From NCBI GenBank assembly GCA_013202715.1, contig JABMRF010000018.1:14641-78640 (forward strand): a stretch of 64,000 nt of DNA, in the 5' to 3' direction. Below the pieces are notes generated by a model, which was not told where the DNA came from, ran no database searches, and saw only the letters and a program-made list of their open reading frames with translations. Both the position numbers and the translations under genes were made by a program. This DNA comes from Candidatus Kuenenbacteria bacterium. GTDB taxonomy: Bacteria; Patescibacteriota; Patescibacteriia; UBA11705; JABHMO01. Each line of letters begins with the position of its first letter. The first letter of the stretch is position 1. Positions 16,737 through 26,232 of this stretch are shown here, piece by piece.

Positions 16737-19169
16737 TCAATAAATTTCGTCTTCAGTACTAGTTCTTTTTTTCTTTTTTGGACTTTCGTCTACTTCTTCT
16801 TCCTCATCCTCCTCGTCTTCTTCATATTCTTCATCTTCTACTTCTTCTTCTGTCTCGTCATCTTCCGCCTCATCATCCTCTGCCTCTTCTTCATTTTCCT
16901 CATCATCTTCCTCGTATTCTTCTTCTGTATTTTCGTCTTCGTATTCTTCTTCATCATCCTCTTCTTCGTCATCTTCCTGTACAGCTTCTTGGCTATGATC
17001 AAATGATTCTTGTTGCGCCATTGCATTAACTTTGTCAACCAAAATCTCACGCGGACGTGCGCCATCTGCTGGTCCGACTATTCCGGCGTCTTCCAATAGG
17101 TCAATCAAACGAGCTGCTCGCGCATATCCAACCCTCAGCCTCCGCTGAAGAAGAGAGGCAGATGCTTTGCCGGCTTGAATAACCAACTGTTTTGCTTCAT
17201 TAAATAAATCATCTTCCCCGCCTCCCTTGAAATCAAAGCTGGTTGACCCGGAACTACTCGGCTTGCTGGTCACGTCATCTAAATATTGTTCTTGACCTCC
17301 AGAGGCCTTTTTCAGAAAATCAACAACCTTTTTGATTTCATTATCACTGACAAAGGCGCCTTGCAATCGACGTGGCTTTGCAGTTTGCGGAGTCATAAAC
17401 AAGCAATCACCTTTTCCAACTAATTTTTCTGCACCTGAAGAATCAAGAATTGTTCTCGAGTCCATCAAAGAGGCTACACTAAACGCCACTCGACATGGAA
17501 TATTTGCTTTGATAAGTCCTGTAATAACATCTACTGACGGCCTCTGTGTTGCTACAACCATATGAATGCCCACAGCTCGCGCCATCTGAGTCAAGCGAAT
17601 AATGCATCCTTCAACTTCTGCCGCGGCGGCAACCATCAAGTCCGCTAATTCGTCAATTATTATTACAATGTAAGGCATTTTTTCTTTGGCCGTTAGATTG
17701 TAACTGGCGATATTTCGTTTCTTGGCTTTAGCAAGTGTGTCAAAGCGAGAATCCATTTCACTGATTGCCCAGCGCAGAGAATAAACCGTTTTTGTTACAT
17801 CAGTAATAACCGGGGTTAATAAGTGAGGAATTCCGTTATAAACAGGAAACTCCACCCTCTTCGGATCAACTAAAATAAATCGCAGGTTATCAGGATTGTT
17901 CTGATACAACAAACTCATGATTATTGCATTTAAACAAACACTCTTACCGGATCCAGTAGCACCGGCAACTAACATGTGAGGCATTGATGATAAATCCTCT
18001 ATCCAGCATTTTCCACTAACATCTTTTCCTAGAGCAACCGACAAATTTGTTTTTCTGTTTTTAAATGTCTTGGTCTGCAGGGTTTCTCTAATGCGAACTA
18101 CGGCAGGTTTCTGATTCGGAACTTCGATTCCAACCAATGACTTTCCTGGAATCGGCGCTTCAATTCTAATCGGATGAGCCGCAAGAGCCAAAGCCAAATC
18201 ATTTCCAAGTGTTGTAATTTTTGAAAGCTTGATTCCTTCTGCCGGCTTCAAGGTGTATTGTGTAACTGTAGGGCCGACCTGGACTGCGCCCATTTCTACA
18301 TCGATATTAAAATTTGCCAATGTTCTGTGAATTCTCTCTGAGCCGACCTTGATATCTCCGCTGGTTGGTTTTGAGCGTTTATCATCAAGAAGACTGAGAG
18401 GTAAATCAATTTTAATTTTTGGCGCTATAATTTTTGACTTCCCCTCTGGCTGACCCCTAGACACGAGGGTACTGGAAGAGACTTTGACATCGCGCACTCG
18501 CGTTGGACTTTCATCCTCGTATTCTTCCTCGTCTTCCTCCTCTTCATATTCCTCCTCGTCATCTTCTTCATCACCATCTTCCATTTCTTTTTTTCTAAAA
18601 CCAAGCCCCCTGAAATCAAATGCATTGGTTTTTTCTAATATTGATTCAAAGCTGGTATTAAACATTAACAAAAATCCCGCAACCAAAAGTCCGATTAAAA
18701 TAATCAAGCTTGCCCAGAATCCCAAATATAACATTAACGGATAATTAACAAGATAACCAATAATTCCGCCTCCCATACCACTAAAAGTTAATTCAAATGA
18801 ATTTGAAAAAGGAATTCTTGAATGAAGTAGACCTTGAAGTCCGATTACAAATAAAAAAATACCAATATAGTTAGGTATTGAAATATCATAACGACTTGGC
18901 CGGGCCAAAACATAACTAAGCAAAACTAAAAACAGAGGGATTAAGTATCTTCCCCAGCCAAAAACAATTCCGAGCGCGTAATCAATATATGTTCCCGCTG
19001 TTCCAGCTAGGCTCAAAAAACTTAAAATGCTAATTATAGAAATTGTAAAAAGTAGAATTACAATAATCCCTTTTTTTGTTTCTGGACTCAGGCTGTAATA
19101 TTCTACATCTTGATAACGGCGTCGCCGCTTTTTTCGTCTTCCCACATTATTTAAAAATGCAAATACCAA
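16737..19169 (-). CDS. ftsK: DNA translocase FtsK/SpoIIIE
   Basis: N-terminal TM domain, motor with Walker A GATGSGKSV and a gamma (winged-helix) domain ..LLQRRLRVGYARAARLIDLLE.. A poly-acidic linker and a long D/E-rich tail follow the gamma domain. Confidence 0.9.
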   Translation of the reverse strand: MVFAFLNNVGRRKKRRRRYQDVEYYSLSPETKKGIIVILLFTISIISILSFLSLAGTAGTYIDYALGIVFGWGRYLIPLFLVLLSYVLARPSRYDISIPNYIGIFLFVIGLQGLLHSRIPFSNSFELTFSGMGGGIIGYLVNYPLMLYLGFWASLIILIGLLVAGFLLMFNTSFESILEKTNAFDFRGLGFRKKEMEDGDEEDDEEEYEEEEDEEEYEDESPTRVRDVKVSSSTLVSRGQPEGKSKIIAPKIKIDLPLSLLDDKRSKPTSGDIKVGSERIHRTLANFNIDVEMGAVQVGPTVTQYTLKPAEGIKLSKITTLGNDLALALAAHPIRIEAPIPGKSLVGIEVPNQKPAVVRIRETLQTKTFKNRKTNLSVALGKDVSGKCWIEDLSSMPHMLVAGATGSGKSVCLNAIIMSLLYQNNPDNLRFILVDPKRVEFPVYNGIPHLLTPVITDVTKTVYSLRWAISEMDSRFDTLAKAKKRNIASYNLTAKEKMPYIVIIIDELADLMVAAAAEVEGCIIRLTQMARAVGIHMVVATQRPSVDVITGLIKANIPCRVAFSVASLMDSRTILDSSGAEKLVGKGDCLFMTPQTAKPRRLQGAFVSDNEIKKVVDFLKKASGGQEQYLDDVTSKPSSSGSTSFDFKGGGEDDLFNEAKQLVIQAGKASASLLQRRLRVGYARAARLIDLLEDAGIVGPADGARPREILVDKVNAMAQQESFDHSQEAVQEDDEEEDDEEEYEDENTEEEYEEDDEENEEEAEDDEAEDDETEEEVEDEEYEEDEEDEEEEVDESPKKKKRTSTEDEIY

Positions 19170-19377
19170 AGAACAAATGGCAAATTATGAATTTGTCATT
19201 AAATTGTCATTCAGCATTTGTCATTAGTCATTTTCTCGTGTCTATATAGACCATTTTACCATATTGAGAAAAGATACACAATAATCAGAGACATCTAAAC
19301 GAGATAAACCTATCTTCGTTGAAACTATGACAGGCAGGCGGGATAAACAAGAGAGAGAAAAAACCGATTAAGGTAAG

Positions 19378-19420
19378 TCCGCTTCAATCCGCGTTAGATC
19401 CGCTTTATCCGCATTTATTT
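19378..19420. repeat. family A word repeat (right-arm type)
   Basis: Sequence gtccgcttcaatccgcgttagatccgctttatccgc. Confidence 0.55.
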
Positions 19421-19429
19421 AAAAAAAAG

Positions 19430-19921
19430 GGAAGCAGTTCACACGGAACGGCTCCCTTTAGTTTTCTGGGAAGTCTTCGAAAACTCCCCAAACGAGTAGA
19501 CAAATGTTCTGTAGCAAGTTGAAAGATCAATTTGTATAGGACAGAGTCCTATTTGCTACGGAACGAGGAGAGAGGGGTCCCCTTAGGGTTGTCTACTCAT
19601 TTGGATAGTTTAGTTGAGTTTAGTTTAGTTTAGTTGTAATTTAACTCCCAATAAACTGATGAGGGTGGCGTACGAGCTCTAAATATAAATTGTAGCCCAG
19701 CCTCTCTCCTCATCAATTTGTTAAGAATTAAGAATGAACAACTTACCAGCAAGATGATGAAGAGGATAATAAGGTAGCATTGAGGGCAATAAGAAAAATA
19801 TCTCCCTGTAGACTGCCTTGGTGTTGATGATAGACTCACCAGTTAAATGGGGAAAACCCCAAAGAACTAGTTAAAATCTCTCTCCTCTTTCATCATTTTG
19901 ATGGTAAATTTTGAGGTATTT
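19430..19921 (-). ncRNA. candidate large structured ncRNA, about 490 nt, identity unknown
   Basis: A minus-strand promoter TTGACA(19958-19953)-17-TATAAT(19935-19930) reads into an ORF-free stretch. A hairpin plus T8 terminator (rc of 19425-19460) closes it. Long-range complementary segments are visible (gatgaagaggagag / cctcttcatc). Confidence 0.4.
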
Positions 19922-20040
19922 AATATTGCATTATAGCACATATATTAAATATTGTCAATACCCACCGACTCCTAATCAATATTTTAGCTAAATTTAGAAC
20001 CAAAAACATGCTATTATTCGCTAACAACGTTCAGGTCCAG

Positions 20041-20070
20041 TTGACAAAATGTTTTTGATTGTTTATAATA
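20041..20070 (+). promoter_or_regulatory. promoter TTGACA-17-TATAAT for clpP
   Basis: Sequence ttgacaaaatgtttttgattgtttataat. Confidence 0.5.
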
Positions 20071-20097
20071 ATCTGTTATAATAGAGGAAGTTGATAG

Positions 20098-20168
20098 TTA
20101 AAATGTCAAATGTAAAAGTATAAAAAATTCAGGATAAGTTACTTTTACCTTTTACCTTTTATTTATTA
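20098..20168. repeat. family D palindromic word repeat
   Basis: Left arm aaaatgtcaaatgtaaaagtat, right arm ttacttttaccttttacctttt. Confidence 0.55.
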
Positions 20169-20179
20169 ACTAAATTTTT

Positions 20180-20752
20180 ATGCACTTAATTCCAACAGTA
20201 GTAGAAAAAACACATCATGGCGAAAGAGCTTATGATATTTATTCTCGTTTGCTAAAAGAGAGAATTATTTTTTTGGGAACTCCAATTGACGACCAGGTAG
20301 CGAATTCTGTAATAGCCCAGCTTTTATATTTAGAAAGCGAAGATCCAAAAAAAGATATTAAAATTTACATCAATTCTCCAGGCGGTTCAGTTAGCGCTGG
20401 CCTCGCAATTTACGATACCATGCAGTATATAAAACCTGATGTAATGACAATCTGTGTTGGCATGGCCGCAAGTATGGGATCCCTACTTTTGACTGCCGGT
20501 ACCAAGGGAAAACGCCTTTCCCTGCCAAATTCCAAAGTAATGATTCACCAGGTAATGGGTGGTGCTCAAGGCCAGGCAAGTGATATTAAGATTCAAGCTG
20601 AGGAGATTTTGAAAGTAAAAGAAAACCTAAATCACATCCTAGCTAAACATACTGGACAACCCCTAGCAAAAGTTGAAAAAGATTCAGATCGAGATAACTA
20701 TATGTCAGCCGAGGAAGCAAGAAAGTACGGGTTGATCGATAAGATCATATGA
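20180..20752 (+). CDS. clpP: ATP-dependent Clp protease proteolytic subunit
   Basis: Core sequence ..[57 protein letters not shown].. Confidence 0.95.
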   Translation: MHLIPTVVEKTHHGERAYDIYSRLLKERIIFLGTPIDDQVANSVIAQLLYLESEDPKKDIKIYINSPGGSVSAGLAIYDTMQYIKPDVMTICVGMAASMGSLLLTAGTKGKRLSLPNSKVMIHQVMGGAQGQASDIKIQAEEILKVKENLNHILAKHTGQPLAKVEKDSDRDNYMSAEEARKYGLIDKII

Positions 20753-20830
20753 GTCTAGAGTCTTGAGTCAATAGTCAAAAAGTTGTAGGTTGACTCTAGA
20801 CTTTTGACCTTTGACTCCAGACTGTGTTGT
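20753..20830. repeat. palindromic hairpin cluster after clpP (gagtc/gactc and tgacctttgac words)
   Basis: Sequence gtctagagtcttgagtcaatagtcaaaaagttgtaggttgactctagac. Probably serves as a terminator. Confidence 0.45.
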
Positions 20831-21264
20831 GGATATTCTGAGGATAAAGTCTTTATAACTCAAGGGTAGTCCTTAGTTCCATAAAATGATATAATAAAAG
20901 TAGTTCATTATACAGGGGGGAACTACTTTTTATTTGCCGTAAATTTTTATCTAATTTTAGATAAATAGTACGAAATGTTGTCAGGTCTTGACAAATTTTT
21001 TAGGGTATGCTAGAATACTTAGTTGACATGTCTACAGCTATTTGCTACTATATTATGAAATCCTCTTTTCATGGACAGACACGACAAGCATGGGATTTTT
21101 ATTTTAGGTAAAATCAGGCGCTTGCGCTCGATTTCGCCTGAATAAAAGTTTCTTGTCTGTCCTTGAAAGGAGGCTTTTTTATTTGCGTGAATTTAAATAT
21201 AACGCCCTTGATTATTTCAAAAAAAACTGCTACCATAATTAAACATTAATAATAAACCTATATT

Positions 21265-22572
21265 ATGAAAGTAACAAAGAGTGACCTACCAAAAGCACAA
21301 GCAGAACTAATAGTTGAGCTTTCTCACGACGAATTAAAACCTTACTTAGAAAATGCAGCTGTTGAATTTTCAAAAAACAAAAAAATTCAAGGCTTTCGTC
21401 CGGGCAAAGCTCCGTTTGATCTTGTGGTAAAAGAAGTTGGCGAGATGACAGTTTATCAGTCAGCGGCAAGTCAAGCTATTCAAGGCACAATTTATAAAGT
21501 TCTCGAAGAACAAAACTTGGAAATTGTGGATCAACCAACTATCGAAGTACAAAAACTTGCACCGGGAAATCCATTTACTTACAAAGCAACTGTTTCATTG
21601 GTTCCAAATATTGAAGTTTGCGAATATTCAACTATAAAAGTAAAACCACTTGAAAAAATTAAAATCGAAGAAAAAGAAATCGAAAAAGTTTTGAATGATT
21701 TAAAAAAGATGAAGGGCAAAGAAGTTTTAGAAAATAAATCTGCGGAAAACGGCGACAAAGCTGAACTGGACTTTGAAACCTTTGTTGACAACGTTGCCAT
21801 TGAGGGCGGGCAGGCAAAAAAGCATCAGCTCGTACTTGGCGAAGGAAGAATGATTCCAGGATTTGAAGAAAATGTTCTTGGCATGAAAAAAGATGAGGAA
21901 AAAGAATTTAAATTAACTTTTCCAAAAGAATATCATGAAAAAACCTTGCAAAACAAGGAAGCAACTTTCAAAATAAAGGTAACCGCTGTTTTCAAGATTG
22001 AACAGCCAGAATTAAACGATGAATTTGCAAAAGAACTTGGGCTACCAACTCTTGATGCATTAAAAAAGAATATTAAAACTAACTTAACTCAGGAAAAAGA
22101 AAGCAAAGATAAACAACGACAAGAACTTGAGTTGATTGAACATCTGGTTGAAAAATCAAAATTCGAAGATATTCCTGATGAATTAATTAATCAGGAAACT
22201 CATAAAATGCTTCATGAGCTTCAGGATAATATTGCAAAACAAGGAATGAAGTTTGAGGATTATCTAACCCACATTAAAAAGACTGAAGCAGATATGCGCC
22301 TAGACTTTACCCCCGATGCGATTAAGAGGGTAAAAACCGCATTGATTATCCGCCTCATTGCCAAAAAAGAAAATATTAAAGTTGAAGACAAAGATGTCGA
22401 AGAAGAAATCGAAAGAACGCTGGCAAACTATAAGATGAATCCGGGGTATGCAGCTCAGCTCGATGAACTGGAAAAAAATCTGCGTTCGGATAATGCGCGA
22501 CATTACTTTGTGAACTTTTTAACGAATCGGAAGACGATGGAATTCCTTAAAGAAAAAATCATTAAAGAATAG
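21265..22572 (+). CDS. tig: trigger factor
   Basis: N-terminal ribosome-binding motif GFRPGKAP, a PPIase-like middle domain and a C-terminal domain. Confidence 0.9.
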   Translation: MKVTKSDLPKAQAELIVELSHDELKPYLENAAVEFSKNKKIQGFRPGKAPFDLVVKEVGEMTVYQSAASQAIQGTIYKVLEEQNLEIVDQPTIEVQKLAPGNPFTYKATVSLVPNIEVCEYSTIKVKPLEKIKIEEKEIEKVLNDLKKMKGKEVLENKSAENGDKAELDFETFVDNVAIEGGQAKKHQLVLGEGRMIPGFEENVLGMKKDEEKEFKLTFPKEYHEKTLQNKEATFKIKVTAVFKIEQPELNDEFAKELGLPTLDALKKNIKTNLTQEKESKDKQRQELELIEHLVEKSKFEDIPDELINQETHKMLHELQDNIAKQGMKFEDYLTHIKKTEADMRLDFTPDAIKRVKTALIIRLIAKKENIKVEDKDVEEEIERTLANYKMNPGYAAQLDELEKNLRSDNARHYFVNFLTNRKTMEFLKEKIIKE

Positions 22573-22659
22573 AAAATAGCGATCAGAGATTAGTAATTAG
22601 TCAGATACAAATATATACAAAAATAGCCGACTGGGGCTATTTTTGTTATAATATGAAAT

Positions 22660-23022
22660 ATGGAAAATCAAGGATATAAAAACCTACTTGTTTGGCAAAA
22701 GTCCATTATTCTAGTAAAAAATTTGTACCAATTGACATCAACTTTTCCCAAAGATGAAATATATGGTTTAACTTCTCAAATGAGAAGAGCGGGAATTTCT
22801 GTTCCTTCAAATATTGCCGAGGGCTACGGAAGATATTCAAAAAAAGAACTTTGTCGATTTATTAAAATTTCACTAGGATCTAGTGCCGAGCTTGAAACCC
22901 AAGCTATCATAAGTCAGGAGCTAGGCTATATAAACAATGAACAATTACAAAATATATTAGACCAAATAAACGAAGTACAAAAGATGCTGACAGGCTTAAT
23001 GAACTCATCTTCACAAAATTAA
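22660..23022 (+). CDS. four-helix-bundle protein of the 23S rRNA intervening-sequence protein family
   Basis: Contains W.KS..L....Y.LT..FPK.E.YGL.SQ.RRA..S...NIAEG..R.S.KE...F..IS.GS..E, characteristic of this family. Confidence 0.7.
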   Translation: MENQGYKNLLVWQKSIILVKNLYQLTSTFPKDEIYGLTSQMRRAGISVPSNIAEGYGRYSKKELCRFIKISLGSSAELETQAIISQELGYINNEQLQNILDQINEVQKMLTGLMNSSSQN

Positions 23023-23067
23023 CCCTAGTTGCCTAATCTCTAATCACTAATTACTAGTCACTATTAT

Positions 23068-23901
23068 ATGCAATTTGGAGCACATGTAAGTATCGCCGGC
23101 GGAATTGAAAACGCACCAACAAACGCACAGAGTAGTGAGTGCGAAGTTTTTCAAATGTTTTCAAGATCTCCACGAGGCGGACAACCTAAATTTACTGACG
23201 AATCAATTGAGCAGTTCAAAAAAAACTGCCAAGAATTTGGTTTTCAGGAATATTATATTCACACTCCGTATTATATTAACCTCGCGTCTTCAAACAATCG
23301 AATTCGCTACGGATCAATTACGGCCATTCGAGACGAACTTGAGGTCGGGACAAAGATCGGCGCGAAATATATCATGACTCATCTTGGAAGTTCAAAGGAT
23401 TATACCGAAGAGAAAGCGCTTGAACTTGTAATCCAAGGAATCGATAAAATATTAGCCGGCTACAGTGGATCAACCGAGCTTCTAATTGAAAATTCAGCTG
23501 GATCAGGGAATATTATTGGAGATCAGTTTGAAGAAATCGGCTTTATATTAAAAAAAATAAAAAGTAACAAGGTTGGAATTTGTTTTGATACCTGCCACGC
23601 CTTTGCGTCTGGCTATGATCTGCGAGACAAGGCCGCTATTAACAAAACATTAAAAGAGTTTGACAAACATATCGGATTAGATAAACTGAAGATGCTCCAT
23701 ATCAACGATTCAAAAACTGAACTTGGCTCTTTCAAAGATCGCCACGACGACCTTGGCGAAGGATTAATTGGCAAGGAAGCATTCAATGTACTCGTTAACC
23801 ATCCAAAACTAAAAAACATCAACGGGGTGATTGAAACGCCGGGATTGAAAATCAGCGATACGAAAAGTTTGAAGTTATTAAAAAAATTAAGGATAAAATG
23901 A
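23068..23901 (+). CDS. nfo: endonuclease IV (AP endonuclease family 2)
   Basis: Contains GAHVS..GG, H.PY.INLAS, .HLGS, IEN.AG.G, and C.DTCH.FA.GYD, ending in H.NDS. Confidence 0.85.
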   Translation: MQFGAHVSIAGGIENAPTNAQSSECEVFQMFSRSPRGGQPKFTDESIEQFKKNCQEFGFQEYYIHTPYYINLASSNNRIRYGSITAIRDELEVGTKIGAKYIMTHLGSSKDYTEEKALELVIQGIDKILAGYSGSTELLIENSAGSGNIIGDQFEEIGFILKKIKSNKVGICFDTCHAFASGYDLRDKAAINKTLKEFDKHIGLDKLKMLHINDSKTELGSFKDRHDDLGEGLIGKEAFNVLVNHPKLKNINGVIETPGLKISDTKSLKLLKKLRIK

Positions 23902-23919
23902 AACTGAATCAAGTCACTC

Positions 23920-23972
23920 TTGACCACCAGAGGAAGGCGACACGTCGACGTGTCGCCTTCCTCTGGTGCTAT
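23920..23972 (+). terminator. perfect 20-bp hairpin terminator
   Basis: Sequence ccagaggaaggcgacacgtcgacgtgtcgccttcctctgg. Confidence 0.6.
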
Positions 23973-24025
23973 TAGATAATTTATTTAAAAATAAAAACCC
24001 CCCGCATTGCGAGGGCGTTTTGTTA

Positions 24026-24616
24026 TTACTTGACTATCTGAACTGTCACTCGATGCTGGCTGTACATGTACATTTCGTCAGCACAACTGTCAACTTCCCA
24101 TTTATTACCGTCAATCCAAACTAAGCACATATGATTAAATGACAAGTAGATGATAATGCAATCACTACAGTCAGGCTCCTGTAAAACTGTTCGCGATGTA
24201 ACTGAAGCTGAAATAATATCATTTCTTTCGCCCCGCAATCCCCATCCAGGCAACTGAAAACGAACTGAATCACCTTCTTTTGGAATCTGCGGCATGTCAG
24301 CGCAGGGATCAGGAATTTTATCTTCCAGAACCGGCAAATTGGGTCCGTCTGGTGATTTGATTTCTCTCTCACCAAGAAACACCTTGACTTCGTGATTATA
24401 ATGATCCATAAAGCGCCACTCACCCAGATGCGAAACCCAGGTCAACACCAGCTCACAACTAACCGTCAGAGCAGGATCCCCATAGGGATTGATGAACACT
24501 TTCTCAACATAATCCAAGCTACCACGACCAATCGGTTCACTCCCGCGATTAAAACTCTGCCATCTAATTTCCTCTCCAGGGCTAGGAAACCAATCCGGAG
24601 TCTGTTTGTCAGTCAT
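24026..24616 (-). CDS. hypothetical protein, member of a tandem paralog pair (higher GC)
   Basis: N-terminus MTDKQTPDWFPSPGEEIRW matches MIDKQIPDWFPNEGDEVAF of 24613..24960. Local GC is clearly above that of the surroundings. Confidence 0.5.
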   Translation of the reverse strand: MTDKQTPDWFPSPGEEIRWQSFNRGSEPIGRGSLDYVEKVFINPYGDPALTVSCELVLTWVSHLGEWRFMDHYNHEVKVFLGEREIKSPDGPNLPVLEDKIPDPCADMPQIPKEGDSVRFQLPGWGLRGERNDIISASVTSRTVLQEPDCSDCIIIYLSFNHMCLVWIDGNKWEVDSCADEMYMYSQHRVTVQIVK

Positions 24617-24960
24617 GATTTACCTCCGGCAGCACCTTCAGGATTTGGATCTAACCAAAGTTCCTGTTTCTGAATTAGATACAACCGGGATATTTCTGTT
24701 TGCTCAAGAATTCGGACAGGTTCCCCTGAAAGAAGATCTGACGCAACAGAACCGGTAACAAATGAGAGCTTTTTACTTTCAAGGCAGTATACAAGCGCAT
24801 ACGATGTGTAACCCGCCATAAGAGCCCTGACTTCATTATTCACAATGGCTACTTTTCCAATTTTCACCACGCGCATACTCCCGATGCATCCCAAGCTTAA
24901 TCTGAATGCAACCTCATCCCCTTCATTGGGAAACCAATCCGGAATCTGTTTGTCTATCAT
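24613..24960 (-). CDS. hypothetical protein, tandem paralog of 24026..24616
   Basis: Shares its N-terminal 20 aa with the downstream gene. Overlaps it by ATGA. Confidence 0.5.
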   Translation of the reverse strand: MIDKQIPDWFPNEGDEVAFRLSLGCIGSMRVVKIGKVAIVNNEVRALMAGYTSYALVYCLESKKLSFVTGSVASDLLSGEPVRILEQTEISRLYLIQKQELWLDPNPEGAAGGKS

Positions 24961-25085
24961 GATTCACCTCCTGATTAACGTCAAAACACAAACCTCAAAG
25001 AACAAGTAACATAGAAGGTTAACATAGTATTTTTATATTGTCAATAGTTGGACTAAATTTACTCAACATGTTAGAATTTATATAT

Positions 25086-25589
25086 ATGAAGATCGCAATC
25101 TGCTCTGATTCACACGACAACATGCCAAACATCACCAAGTTCTTGTCTTATTGCAAAGAACAAGAAATCAAAACCATGATCCACTGCGGTGATGTAACTG
25201 AGGATGAAACAAAACAATTTTTTATTAATAATTTCAAAGGCAAAATACATTTTGCAGAAGGTAATGCGGATATTGGCGAACAACAAAAACAAAAAAGGAC
25301 CAACCGTTTTCAAAAAATAAAATACGGACCGGTCCCCTTTCTAGATTTAATCCTTGATAATATAAAAATCGCCGCTTGTCACAAAAAGGATAAGGCAAAG
25401 CGATTGGCTGCATCGAAAAGCTACAACATTGTTTTTTACGGACACAGTCACAAACCGTGGCTGGAAAAGATTGAGAATACGCACGTTGTGAATCCCGGAA
25501 ATCTGGCCGGTATGTTCCATCGAGCAACCTTTGCAGTTTATGATACTGTGGGGAAGAAGATGGAGCTGAAGCTATTAGAAAAGCTGTAA
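25086..25589 (+). CDS. metallophosphoesterase of the YfcE/MJ0936 family
   Basis: Motifs MKIAICSDSHDN, HCGD, GNAD and FYGHSHKP followed by NPGNLAG match the calcineurin-like phosphoesterase signatures. Confidence 0.8.
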   Translation: MKIAICSDSHDNMPNITKFLSYCKEQEIKTMIHCGDVTEDETKQFFINNFKGKIHFAEGNADIGEQQKQKRTNRFQKIKYGPVPFLDLILDNIKIAACHKKDKAKRLAASKSYNIVFYGHSHKPWLEKIENTHVVNPGNLAGMFHRATFAVYDTVGKKMELKLLEKL

Positions 25590-25597
25590 TTAATACT

Positions 25598-25645
25598 CCA
25601 CCTGTCATGAGATTGCGTCGTTCCTCGCAAGGACAGGTGAAGGGA
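25598..25645. repeat. degenerate relative of hairpin family G
   Basis: Sequence cacctgtcatgagattgcgtcgttcctcgcaaggacaggtg, with perfect outer stem cacctgt/acaggtg. Confidence 0.4.
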
Positions 25646-25705
25646 AACAAAAAACCCGCTCAATGAAGAACGGGCTCTTGCAAAACGTTGTTGCAAATTG
25701 TTGAT

Positions 25706-26074
25706 CTAGAACGGGGCACAGATGGGAATGGTGAGAGTGTAAGCCTTTGCTTTGCCCCCACCATTGGCCTGAATCATCTGCCAGGTGCCAAGCACCACAC
25801 ATTTGTTCATGGCCAGCCTGTCATCACGCATCTTGGTAACCTTGTCAGCTTTTCCCTGACAGTCCAACCCCTTTCCGTGAGGATGGCAGTACTTGGCCAC
25901 GCTTGCGAACTGCTCTGTGATCGGCTGGAGTTGACCGTGAACATGGATACCTCTGACCACCATCAAGGCGGCAAAGAGGAGCACAACCCACCACCAACGA
26001 GCTAAGACATTCTGCTTGACCCAAGTCACACGTCGTTGAAACCTTCGCTTCTGAATTCTCTGAATTATGGTCAT
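25706..26074 (-). CDS. hypothetical membrane-anchored protein
   Basis: RBS ggagg plus ATG (MTIIQ..). Promoter TTGACA-17-TATACT at rc 26117-26152. One TM helix followed by an extracytoplasmic Cys/His-containing domain. Confidence 0.45.
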   Translation of the reverse strand: MTIIQRIQKRRFQRRVTWVKQNVLARWWWVVLLFAALMVVRGIHVHGQLQPITEQFASVAKYCHPHGKGLDCQGKADKVTKMRDDRLAMNKCVVLGTWQMIQANGGGKAKAYTLTIPICAPF

Positions 26075-26232
26075 TTCGACCTCCATTAAATTTTCAAAAT
26101 TCATTTACCAATACTTACAAGTATAGCATACTCTTAACTTTTTGTCAATCGTACTTCCTCGTTTTTATTCAATTTTAGCTAAAAGATGATTCTTATTCAT
26201 CAGTATATCAGTATAATCAGTAATCAATTCTT

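Noticed and set aside
16778-17065. ORFs rich in L/H/P or K/R/M inside ftsK
   Set aside because: They are frame-shifted or antisense translations of the GA-rich codons that encode the ftsK poly-acidic tail. The same applies to 18425-18744 (SSSSS) and 7784-8062 inside nusA.
19630-19839. 69-aa ORF in the ftsK-clpP gap
   Set aside because: It starts at GTG immediately after an in-frame stop and has no RBS. The region is better explained as a non-coding transcript.
22660-23022. An rRNA operon nearby, implied by the 23S-IVS-family protein
   Set aside because: No rRNA sequence is present in the window. This protein family also occurs as free-standing genes.
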